The notes under the pieces were generated by a model. It was given only the letters and a program-made list of their open reading frames with translations, did not search any database and was not told the origin of the DNA. The position numbers and the translations under genes were made by a program. A stretch of DNA of 64,000 nt from IMG/VR virus record IMGVR_UViG_3300044700_000691, positions 62,001 through 126,000 of that record. One strand, written 5' to 3'. Below are positions 8,114 through 19,200 of this stretch, piece after piece (the first letter of the stretch is position 1; each line of letters begins with the position of its first letter).

Positions 8114-9681
8114 TATAAATTAAATCTTTTTTTGTATGCTTTAAAGTTTTGAGATACCTCAGCCGCAGTTAGGGCTCTATTATAAAATTTAACAACATCG
8201 ATTAAACCTGCCCAATTATGCCCACCACCTGAGTATCTGGAACCTATACCACGATGGGTTGTACCAGAAGATAGTGTATTAACTGAACCAGTTGAAACTG
8301 ATGCTTCTAGGTTTCCATTTAGGTAAACGCTAACGGTTGAGCCATTCCAACTATATGCTACATGGTAATATCTATTTGCTGTAATGGTAGAGGTTGTTCT
8401 GGCTCCAGTAGTATGGCCGCCGTTTCCATCAAACCAATTTGATCCATTGTGTAAGTCTATTCCAAAAAAAGTTTGACCTCCATAATTGTATAGAGCAATC
8501 CAAGTACTTGCTTCTTGAATATAAAGCTGATTATAAGAACTTGGTAAAGAAGTCGGCTTACAAATAAATTCATAGGTGGCTCGAGTAAAGCCAGATTGTA
8601 AATTTGTTGATAGTGGTATATAGTCATTTGTTCCGTCAAAGGTAAGGGCACCCGCTGAATCAAATGAAACGTTTGCTACATCAAGTATGGCAGATCCAGC
8701 AACAGTAAGCAAAGATTGGGTTGAGCTTCTAGTTCCTGCAACAAATGGCGTTGGATGAGTATTTTTTTCAACCTGAATATTTGCTAAATCGTATTTGTCG
8801 AGTGCGCCTGGCCAAAAATATGAAATTACATTTTCATTAATTGGGGTAAATTGAAAAGACTGTCGTGTCCACACTCCAAGCGGGCCATGTGTATAACCGT
8901 GACCCCAACTCGTTGGGCTAACACTGCCATAATTATAATTTTGCATCGAACCATATGCATTAGCGGTTTGCTTGTTTAGTGCCCTTGTCCAAAATGAATA
9001 GGTATGAACCTGTCCAGGAACAACGACTGCATCTGGTCCATATGACATACCGTCTGCGCTCTCTGGACGGTGTGCATGTAATCGCATGCAATCAGTTTTT
9101 TGAGAAGGATAAAGATCAAATCCTCCAACTATAATTTCTTTTACTAATCCTGAGTTGGGTAGATGTGGAGGACCCCACCACTTAGTCGGAAACCCGCTAG
9201 AATTTACTGAAACCCGCTGATCTAACCAAAATGAATCATGTACTTTGTGTCCTCTTGTTGCAGGATTAATATAACCTTGATCCCCGCCTTGTGAGCCATT
9301 ATATTCATGTAAGCTAAATTGAGTGTTTGAAATTTTCTTAGCAAAGTAATTAACGCCAGCTGTTACCCCACCCCCTGTTGTTTGAGGAGTAATAACATCA
9401 AACGAATAAATTCCATGGGAACCAGCCGTTGTAATAATATTACCAGAAACGCTTGATATAGCTGGAATATCCCAATGTACTGCACAGCCATTATTTCCAC
9501 AATACTTATTTGTATTATAGGTGGCCCAACCGTTACCAAAAGTTGGATAACTGTTTACTTGAGGAGAGGGTATAGTATTTACAGCAGGCTCGCCCTTATA
9601 ACTATTAAAAAAATCTGCAACATCAAACGCAAATATTAATCCAGTTGAAATTTGTCCATTATATCCTTTACGACTTGGCAT
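8113..9681 (-). CDS. LamG/concanavalin A-like virion protein with inserted domains
   Basis: GLIFAFD..SYKGEP; QVEKNTHPTPFVAGTRS; FDGTNDY; YHVAYSWNGSTVSVYLNG; KFYNRALTAAEVSQNF. Confidence 0.85.
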   Translation of the reverse strand: MPSRKGYNGQISTGLIFAFDVADFFNSYKGEPAVNTIPSPQVNSYPTFGNGWATYNTNKYCGNNGCAVHWDIPAISSVSGNIITTAGSHGIYSFDVITPQTTGGGVTAGVNYFAKKISNTQFSLHEYNGSQGGDQGYINPATRGHKVHDSFWLDQRVSVNSSGFPTKWWGPPHLPNSGLVKEIIVGGFDLYPSQKTDCMRLHAHRPESADGMSYGPDAVVVPGQVHTYSFWTRALNKQTANAYGSMQNYNYGSVSPTSWGHGYTHGPLGVWTRQSFQFTPINENVISYFWPGALDKYDLANIQVEKNTHPTPFVAGTRSSTQSLLTVAGSAILDVANVSFDSAGALTFDGTNDYIPLSTNLQSGFTRATYEFICKPTSLPSSYNQLYIQEASTWIALYNYGGQTFFGIDLHNGSNWFDGNGGHTTGARTTSTITANRYYHVAYSWNGSTVSVYLNGNLEASVSTGSVNTLSSGTTHRGIGSRYSGGGHNWAGLIDVVKFYNRALTAAEVSQNFKAYKKRFNL

Positions 9682-9694
9682 ATCTTAAATTATT

Positions 9695-10915
9695 TTAACA
9701 GAGGTAGCATCCTCTATTTTCATATCTGATTCGGGTTCTGTTATAAATTTCTAATATCTCAGGTTGAGCTAGGACTCGATTATATGCCAAAGCCATTGGA
9801 ATTTCTCCAAGATATTTAGAGTGGTATTCGCCTCCTATCATTGGCTCAGATCCTAAGTAGGTTCCGCCATAAAATCCGGTATTTACACTGGCAACTTGCG
9901 AGCCGTTTAAATATAGTTTAAGTATACCATCGGTCGATCGTGTACAGGCTAGCATATTCCAACCAGTTGGCGTGCCGCCTCCACCTAGAAGATATTCACT
10001 AGTTCCATTATTGTTTGCAACCCAAGCCGCAATTCCACCATGATAATAACTCATTAACTTAAGGCCAGCTCTATAATCAGGCGATGTGCAAATTAAAGTT
10101 CTATGTGGAGCACCCGTATCGCCATACCACTCAAACCATGCAACTAGAGTTTGATTTTGTGATAAATTTGCGGCAGAAATACCGCTTACCGTTAACCAAT
10201 TATTTGTGCCGTCTAAATAGATTGTGCCATCGCTAAGATAGCCGGCTCTAGTTAAATCAATTTGACCTGTGCCAGTTACATCAAGTAAACCGCCGGTGGT
10301 GCTTCTTGATCCAAGTACAAGCGGCGTTGAAAATCCTTTTTGTTCAAGCTGAAAACCAAAATATGCGAGTTTTTCGCCAACAAAGTCGCCAGTATAGCTG
10401 CTCATATAGAGGCCATTTTCATTAGCTTGGGTTGTTACAGTAGCCGACAGTCTAATCCACTTATGTCTGGGCCAATTTAGGTAATTAGTAGATCCATTAT
10501 AGGCAAATGAGCCAAGCGAATTATTATTAACTGCAGTTCTAACATAAGGCGCAGATGCAAGGGTTGTTCCAGTAAAATAAAAATAAATTGAAAAACTATA
10601 TATTGTACTTGGGCTTACTGGAACAATTGAACTGCCTATATGCTGACTCCCAACTGCAGTTACGGTTGAACTAAAAACTTTAAGACCAGATGTATCGACA
10701 TTTGCAATTACGGGTTTAGCAATTGATGTGTCATTATCATTAAATGTGGTTGATCCACTGTTAGTCCACCAATTTGAGTTGGAATTTAGTGAAGGATTTC
10801 CCGCATACGCTAAATTTGTAGTAGGCGCCCCTAAATATGACGTATTTTTGTCATTTGTATCAAACGCAAAAATTAAGCCGCTTTCGTTATAATCTAATCC
10901 GCTTTTAATTGACAT
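9695..10915 (-). CDS. LamG/concanavalin A-like virion protein with an inserted CBM-like domain
   Basis: GLIFAFD..SYLGAPTTN; QLEQKGFSTPLVLGSRS; LDGTNNW; LYLNG; AYNRVLAQPEI. Confidence 0.85.
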   Translation of the reverse strand: MSIKSGLDYNESGLIFAFDTNDKNTSYLGAPTTNLAYAGNPSLNSNSNWWTNSGSTTFNDNDTSIAKPVIANVDTSGLKVFSSTVTAVGSQHIGSSIVPVSPSTIYSFSIYFYFTGTTLASAPYVRTAVNNNSLGSFAYNGSTNYLNWPRHKWIRLSATVTTQANENGLYMSSYTGDFVGEKLAYFGFQLEQKGFSTPLVLGSRSTTGGLLDVTGTGQIDLTRAGYLSDGTIYLDGTNNWLTVSGISAANLSQNQTLVAWFEWYGDTGAPHRTLICTSPDYRAGLKLMSYYHGGIAAWVANNNGTSEYLLGGGGTPTGWNMLACTRSTDGILKLYLNGSQVASVNTGFYGGTYLGSEPMIGGEYHSKYLGEIPMALAYNRVLAQPEILEIYNRTRIRYENRGCYLC

Positions 10916-10917
10916 AA

Positions 10918-11040
10918 TTATTGCTGTGTGGCAGAGTTTGCCTCGGCTTCAGAATAGTAAATACCAATTAAGTCGGCACCCTCTAGAACAAACCAGCATG
11001 GAGTGCCAGCTAAGTCAATTCCGGTTTCTACGTATTTCAT
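10918..11040 (-). CDS. Small hypothetical protein, 40 aa (MKYVETGIDLAGTPCWFVLEGADLIGIYYSEAEANSATQQ)
   Basis: ATGA overlap with the upstream gene and TAA 2 nt before the next ATG; it fills the gap exactly. Confidence 0.7.
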   Translation of the reverse strand: MKYVETGIDLAGTPCWFVLEGADLIGIYYSEAEANSATQQ

Positions 11041-11714
11041 CGACCGTGTCTATTTTTTTGTGCATTATAGTTTGCTAAAACTTCTTCGCCAGATAAGGCG
11101 CTATTATAAACCCTTATCGCAGAGATTCCGCCAGCAAATTGACGACCGTCGCCTTCCCATCCAACATTACAGTCACTATAGATATAACCAGCCGCTGCAT
11201 AAGTTGCAACAGTATTAACTAGAGTGCCGTTTACATATTGTTTTAGTGTATTGGTTCCTCTATCCCAAACCGACGCCAGGTGGTGCCAAGCTTGTCTGGC
11301 CATGGTTACGCCAGGTTCGTGATATCCTTGGTTTGTGGTTGCATACCAATAATTACTTAATTGTTGATTTCCTTTATTCCAACTTAGATAAGCATAGCCT
11401 TGAAAAATACAACCGCGATCTCCTCCACTTACTTCAGACGCAGCTGGATAAATCCAAGCCTCTAGTGTAAGTGAATTCATGTATTGGGCTGTACCAAATC
11501 TAATTACAAACCTGTCGCCGACCCCATCTAGATTAAAACACGTTGCACCGCCTAGTGTAGTATTAACTGGGCTGCCATAAATATCTGCATAGAATCCATT
11601 ACCGCTAATATCAGACCAAATTGCGCCAGATCCAGGGTAACTATTAACGTCACCTGCATCCAGGGCTAGGAGTAAATTTCGGGTAGTTATTCTTGGATTA
11701 TAGTGTAGTGCCAT
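11037..11714 (-). CDS. LamG/concanavalin A-like virion protein (short form)
   Basis: LLLALDAGDVNSYPGSGAIWSDISGNG...TLEAWIYP...WHHLASVWD..QYVNG...IRVYNSALSGEEV. Confidence 0.85.
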   Translation of the reverse strand: MALHYNPRITTRNLLLALDAGDVNSYPGSGAIWSDISGNGFYADIYGSPVNTTLGGATCFNLDGVGDRFVIRFGTAQYMNSLTLEAWIYPAASEVSGGDRGCIFQGYAYLSWNKGNQQLSNYWYATTNQGYHEPGVTMARQAWHHLASVWDRGTNTLKQYVNGTLVNTVATYAAAGYIYSDCNVGWEGDGRQFAGGISAIRVYNSALSGEEVLANYNAQKNRHGR

Positions 11715-11717
11715 AGA

Positions 11718-11969
11718 TTAAGGTTGAGCCGCTGCATTTTTTGCTTTATTGTGAAATAAGAGAGCATAGTACATAAAGGTATGAGTATAGATTCCATACT
11801 CTGGGGCACCAATATGAATTGGTCCGTTTTCACGTTCACAAATAAAGAATATAGTTGAGTTTACATCAACTATTCCAACGATTTTAAATCTGGAAACTGC
11901 TCCAATGTTGTAGTATGTGTCTAATTCATAGACAGCATCTTCGATTTGATATGTTTGTAAGTTTTGCAT
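11718..11969 (-). CDS. Hypothetical protein (83 aa)
   Basis: TAATG overlap with the upstream gene; fills the gap in the operon. Confidence 0.65.
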   Translation of the reverse strand: MQNLQTYQIEDAVYELDTYYNIGAVSRFKIVGIVDVNSTIFFICERENGPIHIGAPEYGIYTHTFMYYALLFHNKAKNAAAQP

Positions 11970-13285
11970 TATTCGAATCCTCCCATTTTTCTATTATGTG
12001 ATACAACTTCACCGATAACATAGGTGTGAGCTTGGTCAACTTCAATTTGAACTACTTCCATTTCTCCAATTGATTCAATCGATTCAATTTCGGCAAGTCC
12101 ATTTACTGTTTGTACTTTAGCACCTATCCATAGTTCGGATAGTGCAATAAAGCCCATACTTTCGGTTAAAAATTTGTGATTACTTGATACTTTAAGTTCT
12201 TGGCCTCCAATTACAGTACGGCTAACCATATTAGTTCCAGGATTAACTGCGGTCACCCTGTATGATCCCCATTCACCAGTTGTTTCGTGTTTAGTGTAAA
12301 CATAATCTCCAATAGTAAGCTCTCCAGCGGTCACCCAAGTATTAGGATTAATTAAGATTGGCATATCTGGAGTAGGGCAGAATGTTCCACATATTTGATT
12401 AAGATCTGCATATGCTCCATATAATTGAGATATTCCACAGAAAACAAGTTCTCCATAACAACACGAATACCCAGAGACAGGATTATCTAAACAGTCTCGA
12501 CCTTCCCAATATCCACTACCATCTGAAAAGAAATTATAACAGTTATTAGCAGGAGGTTGATATCCACATGTTGTAGAATTGCTTTCAGCCAGAGAAGAAT
12601 AGGTTCCATTACAACCATTTGAATAAGTATAGTAAAGATCAAATCCTGAGCAATAACTGCTTAGATAAGTTCCATTTGCTGGCGAACAGCAACAGCCGCC
12701 GCATGCAGTGGTACAACCTTGACTTACATCATAGGTTCCGCAGCTACCGTTTGCATATCGATAATAAAGAGTACACCCTGAACAAAATTGACTTAAGTAG
12801 GTGCCATTTGCTGGGCAGCCTGCGCTGGTCGTAATCGTTAAAATATTTGAATAACCCGAATAACCACCGGTTGAGGTACAGGTTATTCGCACTCTTATTA
12901 AATAGGTCATGCTTGAGGCAAGTCCACTAATAGTTCTGGTTGCTGAGCAGCCTCCAGAATCTGTGCTCCAGGTCGAACCGTCGTTTGCACTAGATTCAAC
13001 GTGCATAGTTGTACAATTTGAATAGCTAACATTAATTGTAATTGAACTTGATGTAACTGAATTACTGGAAATACTAGGAGCATTGCAGCAAGCAAACGTG
13101 TGATTATAGTTACGCCACTCAGATATTGAAGCTGGGTTAGCTGAAGAAGGAAAGCTTGGTGAGCACGAATTAATCGCAGCATAACTACCATTCTCAGCTG
13201 AGTCTAGACTAATATTTGTACCAGCTGCACGGCCAAGCTCTGTATTGATTTGGCTCATTGAAACCGTAGTCGCGCCTAGTGCCAT
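11969..13285 (-). CDS. Cys-rich tail-fibre-associated protein with an FN3-like domain and a C-terminal Hint domain (11993-12379)
   Basis: N-terminal SMSQINTELG...ISEW motif. FN3-like ISGLASSMTYLIRVR. Two PANGTYLS..CSG..LYY.Y.NG..GTY repeats. Hint block A (CPTPDMPIL), block B (SSNHKF) and blocks F/G (VVQIEVDQAHTY..VVSHN). Confidence 0.8.
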   Translation of the reverse strand: MALGATTVSMSQINTELGRAAGTNISLDSAENGSYAAINSCSPSFPSSANPASISEWRNYNHTFACCNAPSISSNSVTSSSITINVSYSNCTTMHVESSANDGSTWSTDSGGCSATRTISGLASSMTYLIRVRITCTSTGGYSGYSNILTITTSAGCPANGTYLSQFCSGCTLYYRYANGSCGTYDVSQGCTTACGGCCCSPANGTYLSSYCSGFDLYYTYSNGCNGTYSSLAESNSTTCGYQPPANNCYNFFSDGSGYWEGRDCLDNPVSGYSCCYGELVFCGISQLYGAYADLNQICGTFCPTPDMPILINPNTWVTAGELTIGDYVYTKHETTGEWGSYRVTAVNPGTNMVSRTVIGGQELKVSSNHKFLTESMGFIALSELWIGAKVQTVNGLAEIESIESIGEMEVVQIEVDQAHTYVIGEVVSHNRKMGGFE

Positions 13286-13286
13286 A

Positions 13287-16200
13287 TTATTCGCCTCTTA
13301 ATTTTTTAACCTCTAATTTAAGATCTTCTATTTGTGCCTGTTGCTCTTTAATAGCCTCAATTAAGAGTGCAGTCATGTTACCATAAGAAACATTATACAT
13401 TCCAGCGTTATCTTGATTTACAACTTCTGGAACAACTTCTAGCGTTTCTTGTGCAATAACTCCAATCTTAGTTCGAGTATCATCAGAATCAGTTCGGTTA
13501 TAAGAAACTCCACGTAGTGCTAAGGTTTTTGCTAGAGCATTTTCAATTGTATGTATATTGGTTTTAACTCTGGCATCTGAGTATGCTGTTACATCTCCAG
13601 CCATTGTAAGATTACCAGACATATCCATTTGCAATCTATTAGTAGATGCTGACCAACCACCAATGCGCATTACATTATCTGAGTCTAAACCAAAGTTTAC
13701 AGCATAATATCCCCCTCTATGAAAAGACATTATTGCACCACCACCATTATTTGAATATGCTTGTAAAGGAGCTGAATCTGTACTTGTATTTCTATTAGAT
13801 ACAAAATAATTTTGTCCTGTCCAACTATGACCATTACCTAATGAATTAGATATGCTGTTAGTATTACCTACTGTTTGAGATGCAATATTGTATGCTGTAA
13901 TAAATTCATAAAATGTACCATATGATGTAGATGTAGAAGCTTGAACACTTATTGCCATTCTTGGTGTACCATTTCTTAATGTATGTAAAGCACACATTTG
14001 AAGTACATCACCACCAGAATAACCATTAATCCAAAGTGTATCTGACCATACAGACCAAGCTCCTGTCATAGCAGCTTTTAATCCAATACCATTATTAAAA
14101 TATACTTGAGGATTAGTTTGTTGACCTCCAGCATAAGCTGTAGCTAAATATGTTGAATAACCACCAATATTTGTTTGGTCTCCAGTATTTGTACCAGAAG
14201 AAGAACCTGAATGGGAACCGCTAAAGTTTGATGAGGCAAAGGTTCCAGCTATCTGCATATTACCAGATGTAGCGTTTATTGCAGCTATTGGAGCATAAGA
14301 TATTCTACCCCAAGTAAATCCTCTACCTGCATCCCCATCATTCATTTGTGTTTTGATAGAATAATCATTAACCGGTCCATACTGATACAATGAAGATGAA
14401 CCCATACTAATTTTATAAGAATCCGATGACCAAAGCTTTAAACCATTACCTTCGCCTGGTGTCACATTATAGAAGGAGTTCTGATTACTTGCGTTTGGCG
14501 CGGAACCTGCGCTATTTGCATATCTTACACCAAGATCAGAAGGTTCAATCCAACCACTTCCTGAATATGCTCCATTATTATAAACGTATCTAGAGTAATC
14601 AACATAATTTCGACCTTCTCCTCTTGAAATAGCTACACGGGAACTAGCGTCAAACAGAGCCCCGGCATATAAATTATTAGCAGCTCTAACGTGTGAATCT
14701 CCATTGCCGACTGAAAATAATTCAGTTGCCATAGTAGAATCATCATAGAATCTAGTTCCACCATATCCAGTATTTGCTCCGATCTTAATTCCAGTGTGAT
14801 ATCCTATATGTAGATCTGGGTAAGGGTGACTCCAGCCTCCTCCACCTTGATAAATTGCATATGAGTGATTACTTGTGTTACCAGAATCTCCACCGACTCC
14901 AGTAAATCTTAGAACACGCAGAGTTCGATCTTCGTTATCTCTAAAATATGAAAAATTATTAATTTCAGTCTCAGTATAGTATCTGTCATCATGTGTATGT
15001 GAAGAAGCGGCCCATCCTCCGTAATTTCCTAAGTCATTTGAGAATTGAGAAAGAGCAGTTGGTCTACCTGTAACGCCGGTCCATGCAACATTGGTTGCAG
15101 TTGCAGCGTTTCCTGAAATATTTGTTTGATCACCAGTGTTTGTACCGCTTAAATTAGCTGCAAACCAGTTACCACTATTATCAGCATAAGCTCCCCAACT
15201 GTTAGATGAAGTTAAGAAACCGATTCTTCCACTATTACAGTGTATTCTTCTTGTAGTTTCATCTGTATCAGTCATGTAGATATCTGATGATGTACTATTA
15301 CCCACGGTTAGCGATCCATAAACTTGAACTCCTCCAGTATCTACTCTAACTCTCCAGCTATCTGTACTATCTAATAGTCCAAACCCTGCAGCATCTCCAT
15401 ACACTGATCCTTTAAGAGTACTTTCATGGTTAAGTCTAAATTGTAAGTGCACAACTGATCCGCCATTACCTGTAATACCCCATATAGAGCCTCCTCTTGA
15501 GTAAAAGTGATTTCCATTTGCCTGATTATAGAGACCAGTATTGTTTGAATTATTTCGGAACCAGCTGTTATTGTATAAGTCAGTAAAGGTTGGAGATGAT
15601 GAAGTTAGGAGAGCTTGGTTTAGATAACTAGATAACCAGGTTCCTCTGGTTCCAAAGTAAATATCGCCATTTACTAAGAAACTGCCATTTGTTCGTATAC
15701 CTGCATTAGGCGCATCTCCATAGAAATAGTAGGTTTCATTACCTACATAAATATTTGAGTCAAATCTAGCAGAACCTCCGCTATAAACCATTTTATTTCC
15801 GCGTACTCTTAGATAGGTACCGTCAGTCATAAACCAGCCGCCGCCCCAGCCAAAGGATAGGTCTTCATCTTTAAGGTAAGTTGAGGTACCTCGACCAAAC
15901 ACAATACCATCGTTATTGCCTAATAATTGAATTGAGCCATTTACATAAAGTCGGTTATTGGTTGGAACTCCAGTTGCACCAGAGTTATCAGAGGCAGTAT
16001 AAGAAAAATCAGTTGTTCCAAATCCAACCCGGCCGTCTTGGCCTACATAGATTGCATTTGTTCCAAACTTACCAATTTGTACAACATTGTTTGCAAATAC
16101 TTCAAGTACAGGTAAACCTGCAAGGGTATTTACGCTATATAGAGAATCTGAAAGATCATCAACTACTGTAAATAGTCGACCGTTAATTCCATTTACAGCA

Positions 16201-19200
16201 AAAGCTTCAGCTCCTTGGCTTGGGCTATTAATCGTTAAGGCACCGGTCATAGTGTCTCCGCTTACATTAACATATAAATTATCTGCAGTTGCTTGTGATA
16301 ATCCGCTTGAAGACAAAGTTACAGAGTTTCCGCCTGAAATACTTAGGGTATTTCCACTAAGGCTTAAGGTTTGACCATCAGTATTTGTGTCTGTATCAAT
16401 ATCATTAAATGCAGCAGTTAAGGTTGAACCATCACCTTGAGTTAAGGTTAAGGTTTTTGTACCAGTGCCGCTAAATGAAATTGCAGTAGGTCTCTTATCA
16501 TATGCAGTATTCCAGTTTGTTGAATTTCCTCCTGTTGCTGTGATAACTCCTACCGTCCAGATACCATAACCAATAGCTGTTTGGGTACTGCCATTAGCCA
16601 TAAATAGTGCTTGGTGTCCTAATCCAGATTTAGATTGTCCTCCTACATTTGTATGTGTCCATGCAATACCATAAAGAGATCCGGGAGAAGTACCATCGGC
16701 AGATACTTTGTAAGCATCTCCCATTGCAAATACACCCTGGTATCGATCGGAAGCATACAGGCCAACTATACCATTACCATAGTTATCGTCTATATAAAAA
16801 TTACCATTAGCTCGAGTTGCTCTTGCTGCAGTACCCGATACATTAATACTCCAAGTACCACTATTATAAACATAGGCAGTACCGTCTGAGTGTTTTAGTC
16901 TACCTCCATATATGTAAACGGTTCCGCCGCCATTACCAAAATACATATCACCACTTGAGTAATGATTAAAATACATTTGATAAACATTGCCTGCTCCACC
17001 TCTTGTGTCTATATGTAAATTACCGTTAGAAGTTCTAATACGAGCGTATGTTGTATCAGTCGACCAACCGCCAAGATGTAAAGCTGCCGCAGCACTATAT
17101 GAGCTAGCTCCGTATAGAATTAATGCAGTAGCATCACCATTTACAATTGTATTTGTAATATTTGTATAAACTCCATTTGTAACAGAACCGGCATTACCTG
17201 AAATATTAGTAACACTAGTTAAATATCCACTGTTATTAGTAAACTGAGAAATATTCATTGAACTTAGAGCGCCGGCTGTAGCTACAGTTTGTGAACCAAT
17301 GTTTGCTGAAGTTATTACAGCACTACCGTTCGCATACAATGTTCCGCCAATAGCAGCATAAGTATTTCCAGAAGTATCTATTTTAAATCTTTCTGTACCC
17401 CATCCATCTGAAGTTGAGTTATTATTTCTATAACCCATGTTTTGAGTAACACGAAAGTTATCATCATTAGAACAATATCCTACATTCCATCTAGTATCAT
17501 TACCTCCATATGAAAATTGAATAGATGGTCTATCAGAATCGGCAGTATTTATTCTATATCTAGCTACAATACCCCAAGAGTGATTACCTCTATCAGATTC
17601 AAAACTGTATGGAATAAAGTCTCCAGTTGCTGATTGTAAAGTTATCCATTTTCCAGATTGTCCATGGCTCGCTGTACCAACGTTACTTCTATGAAACTCA
17701 GAACCATCACTCCAATATTCATGACCCGCGCCTCCAGAAGGGGCTGCCGCTATATAGGTGTGACCATATATCCAGTTATCAGCGCCCGCTGTTGAAATAC
17801 CATTAGGAAAGAATGCAGAATCGGCAGTGTTCCAAGGATTTCCAGGACTTATGTAACCGCCTTTTGCATAGATAACATCTGTGCTAGGATTTACATAAAC
17901 GTGGGTTGTCCCATAAACATTATTACCAGAACCCCATAATAATTGATATGTTGAGTTTGAATTATTATCATAATTTATAGTTACTTGTGAAGATGTTCCT
18001 GCAATATTTGCATAGGCAACTCGTACACCAGCTGGAGTACCTGGAGAAACTTTAAGTTCCCAGTAACTACCACCATCATAGTTCATGTACATATAGTATG
18101 GAGCAGCTCCGCCGTAAACATAACTTCCATCACTAGCATATAATCGTGTAGAGTTTGTTGCGTAAGTAACAGATTGAGAACCAATATTACCGGTTGTGAT
18201 TAATCCTAAGTTTGATATAAAGTTTGCTGGAGTTTGATAACGCATATAGTCATCATCAGAACAATATATTTTATTTATACCACTTGAAAATGCTCCAGAA
18301 GTTGTGTTAATCCATCCCGCTTGAATATATCCATTGGCATCTGTTCTTACAATTTTGTTTACTTCATTGTTTCTACCACCGTGTACTGCTAACCCACCTG
18401 CTGTTGTAGCATTGCTTACAGACTGAGAGCCAATATTACCGGTTGTGATTGCGTCAGTAATGCCATAACCTGAAATTGTAGTTGGTTTACTGGTTAATGA
18501 AGCAAATGTATGCGAATGTGATATTGCTGCATATCTACCATCTAACAAAGATTGTTTCTTAGTTCGGAGACCATCTATACGTGATGAATTGACTGCAGCT
18601 AATCCTAATGGAGCAGGCGCAGGGACATCATATTGATTTGTACCTGACCAAGCATCATCATAAGATAATGTACTTGAACTATATAAAATGTCAGGTGAAC
18701 CGCTTTGATAAAAACCATTAATTGGTTGATCAGAAAATAGGTGATAAACTGCGCCACCTCCACGTAACATAAAGACATACCCCATTGAGTGGCTATATAT
18801 GAACATATCGGCGCATACGTTTGTATAAGATTCGTTAAATACTCGTAAACGATCTGCATATTCAGCACCGCCCCATCCACCAAAATTACCTTCCCAATCT
18901 AAGAGAAGACCTCCATGGTGAACACCTGTTCCAATTGGATCCCAAGGAGCAGGTTCACCATATCCGCGCTTAATAATAATTCTACGCCAAACATCCTGAT
19001 CTCCTCCCCAAAACTGAACAGCATAAAATCTGTCAGGGTCTCCATCAACTGTAATGTCAACAGAATATGGTAAGGTTGTAACGCCTAACATATTAGATAG
19101 GCCGTTAACTTTAGTCCCAGTTAATTGAGATCCACCTAGATATACACTGCTAAATGAAGGGGCACTGTCTGTTCTAACATTTTGATTTAGATAAGTAGAT

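Noticed and set aside
11993-12379. Canonical mobile splicing intein
   Set aside because: There is no +1 Cys/Ser/Thr, no endonuclease domain, and only a 7-aa C-terminal flank. It is not inserted in a conserved enzyme.
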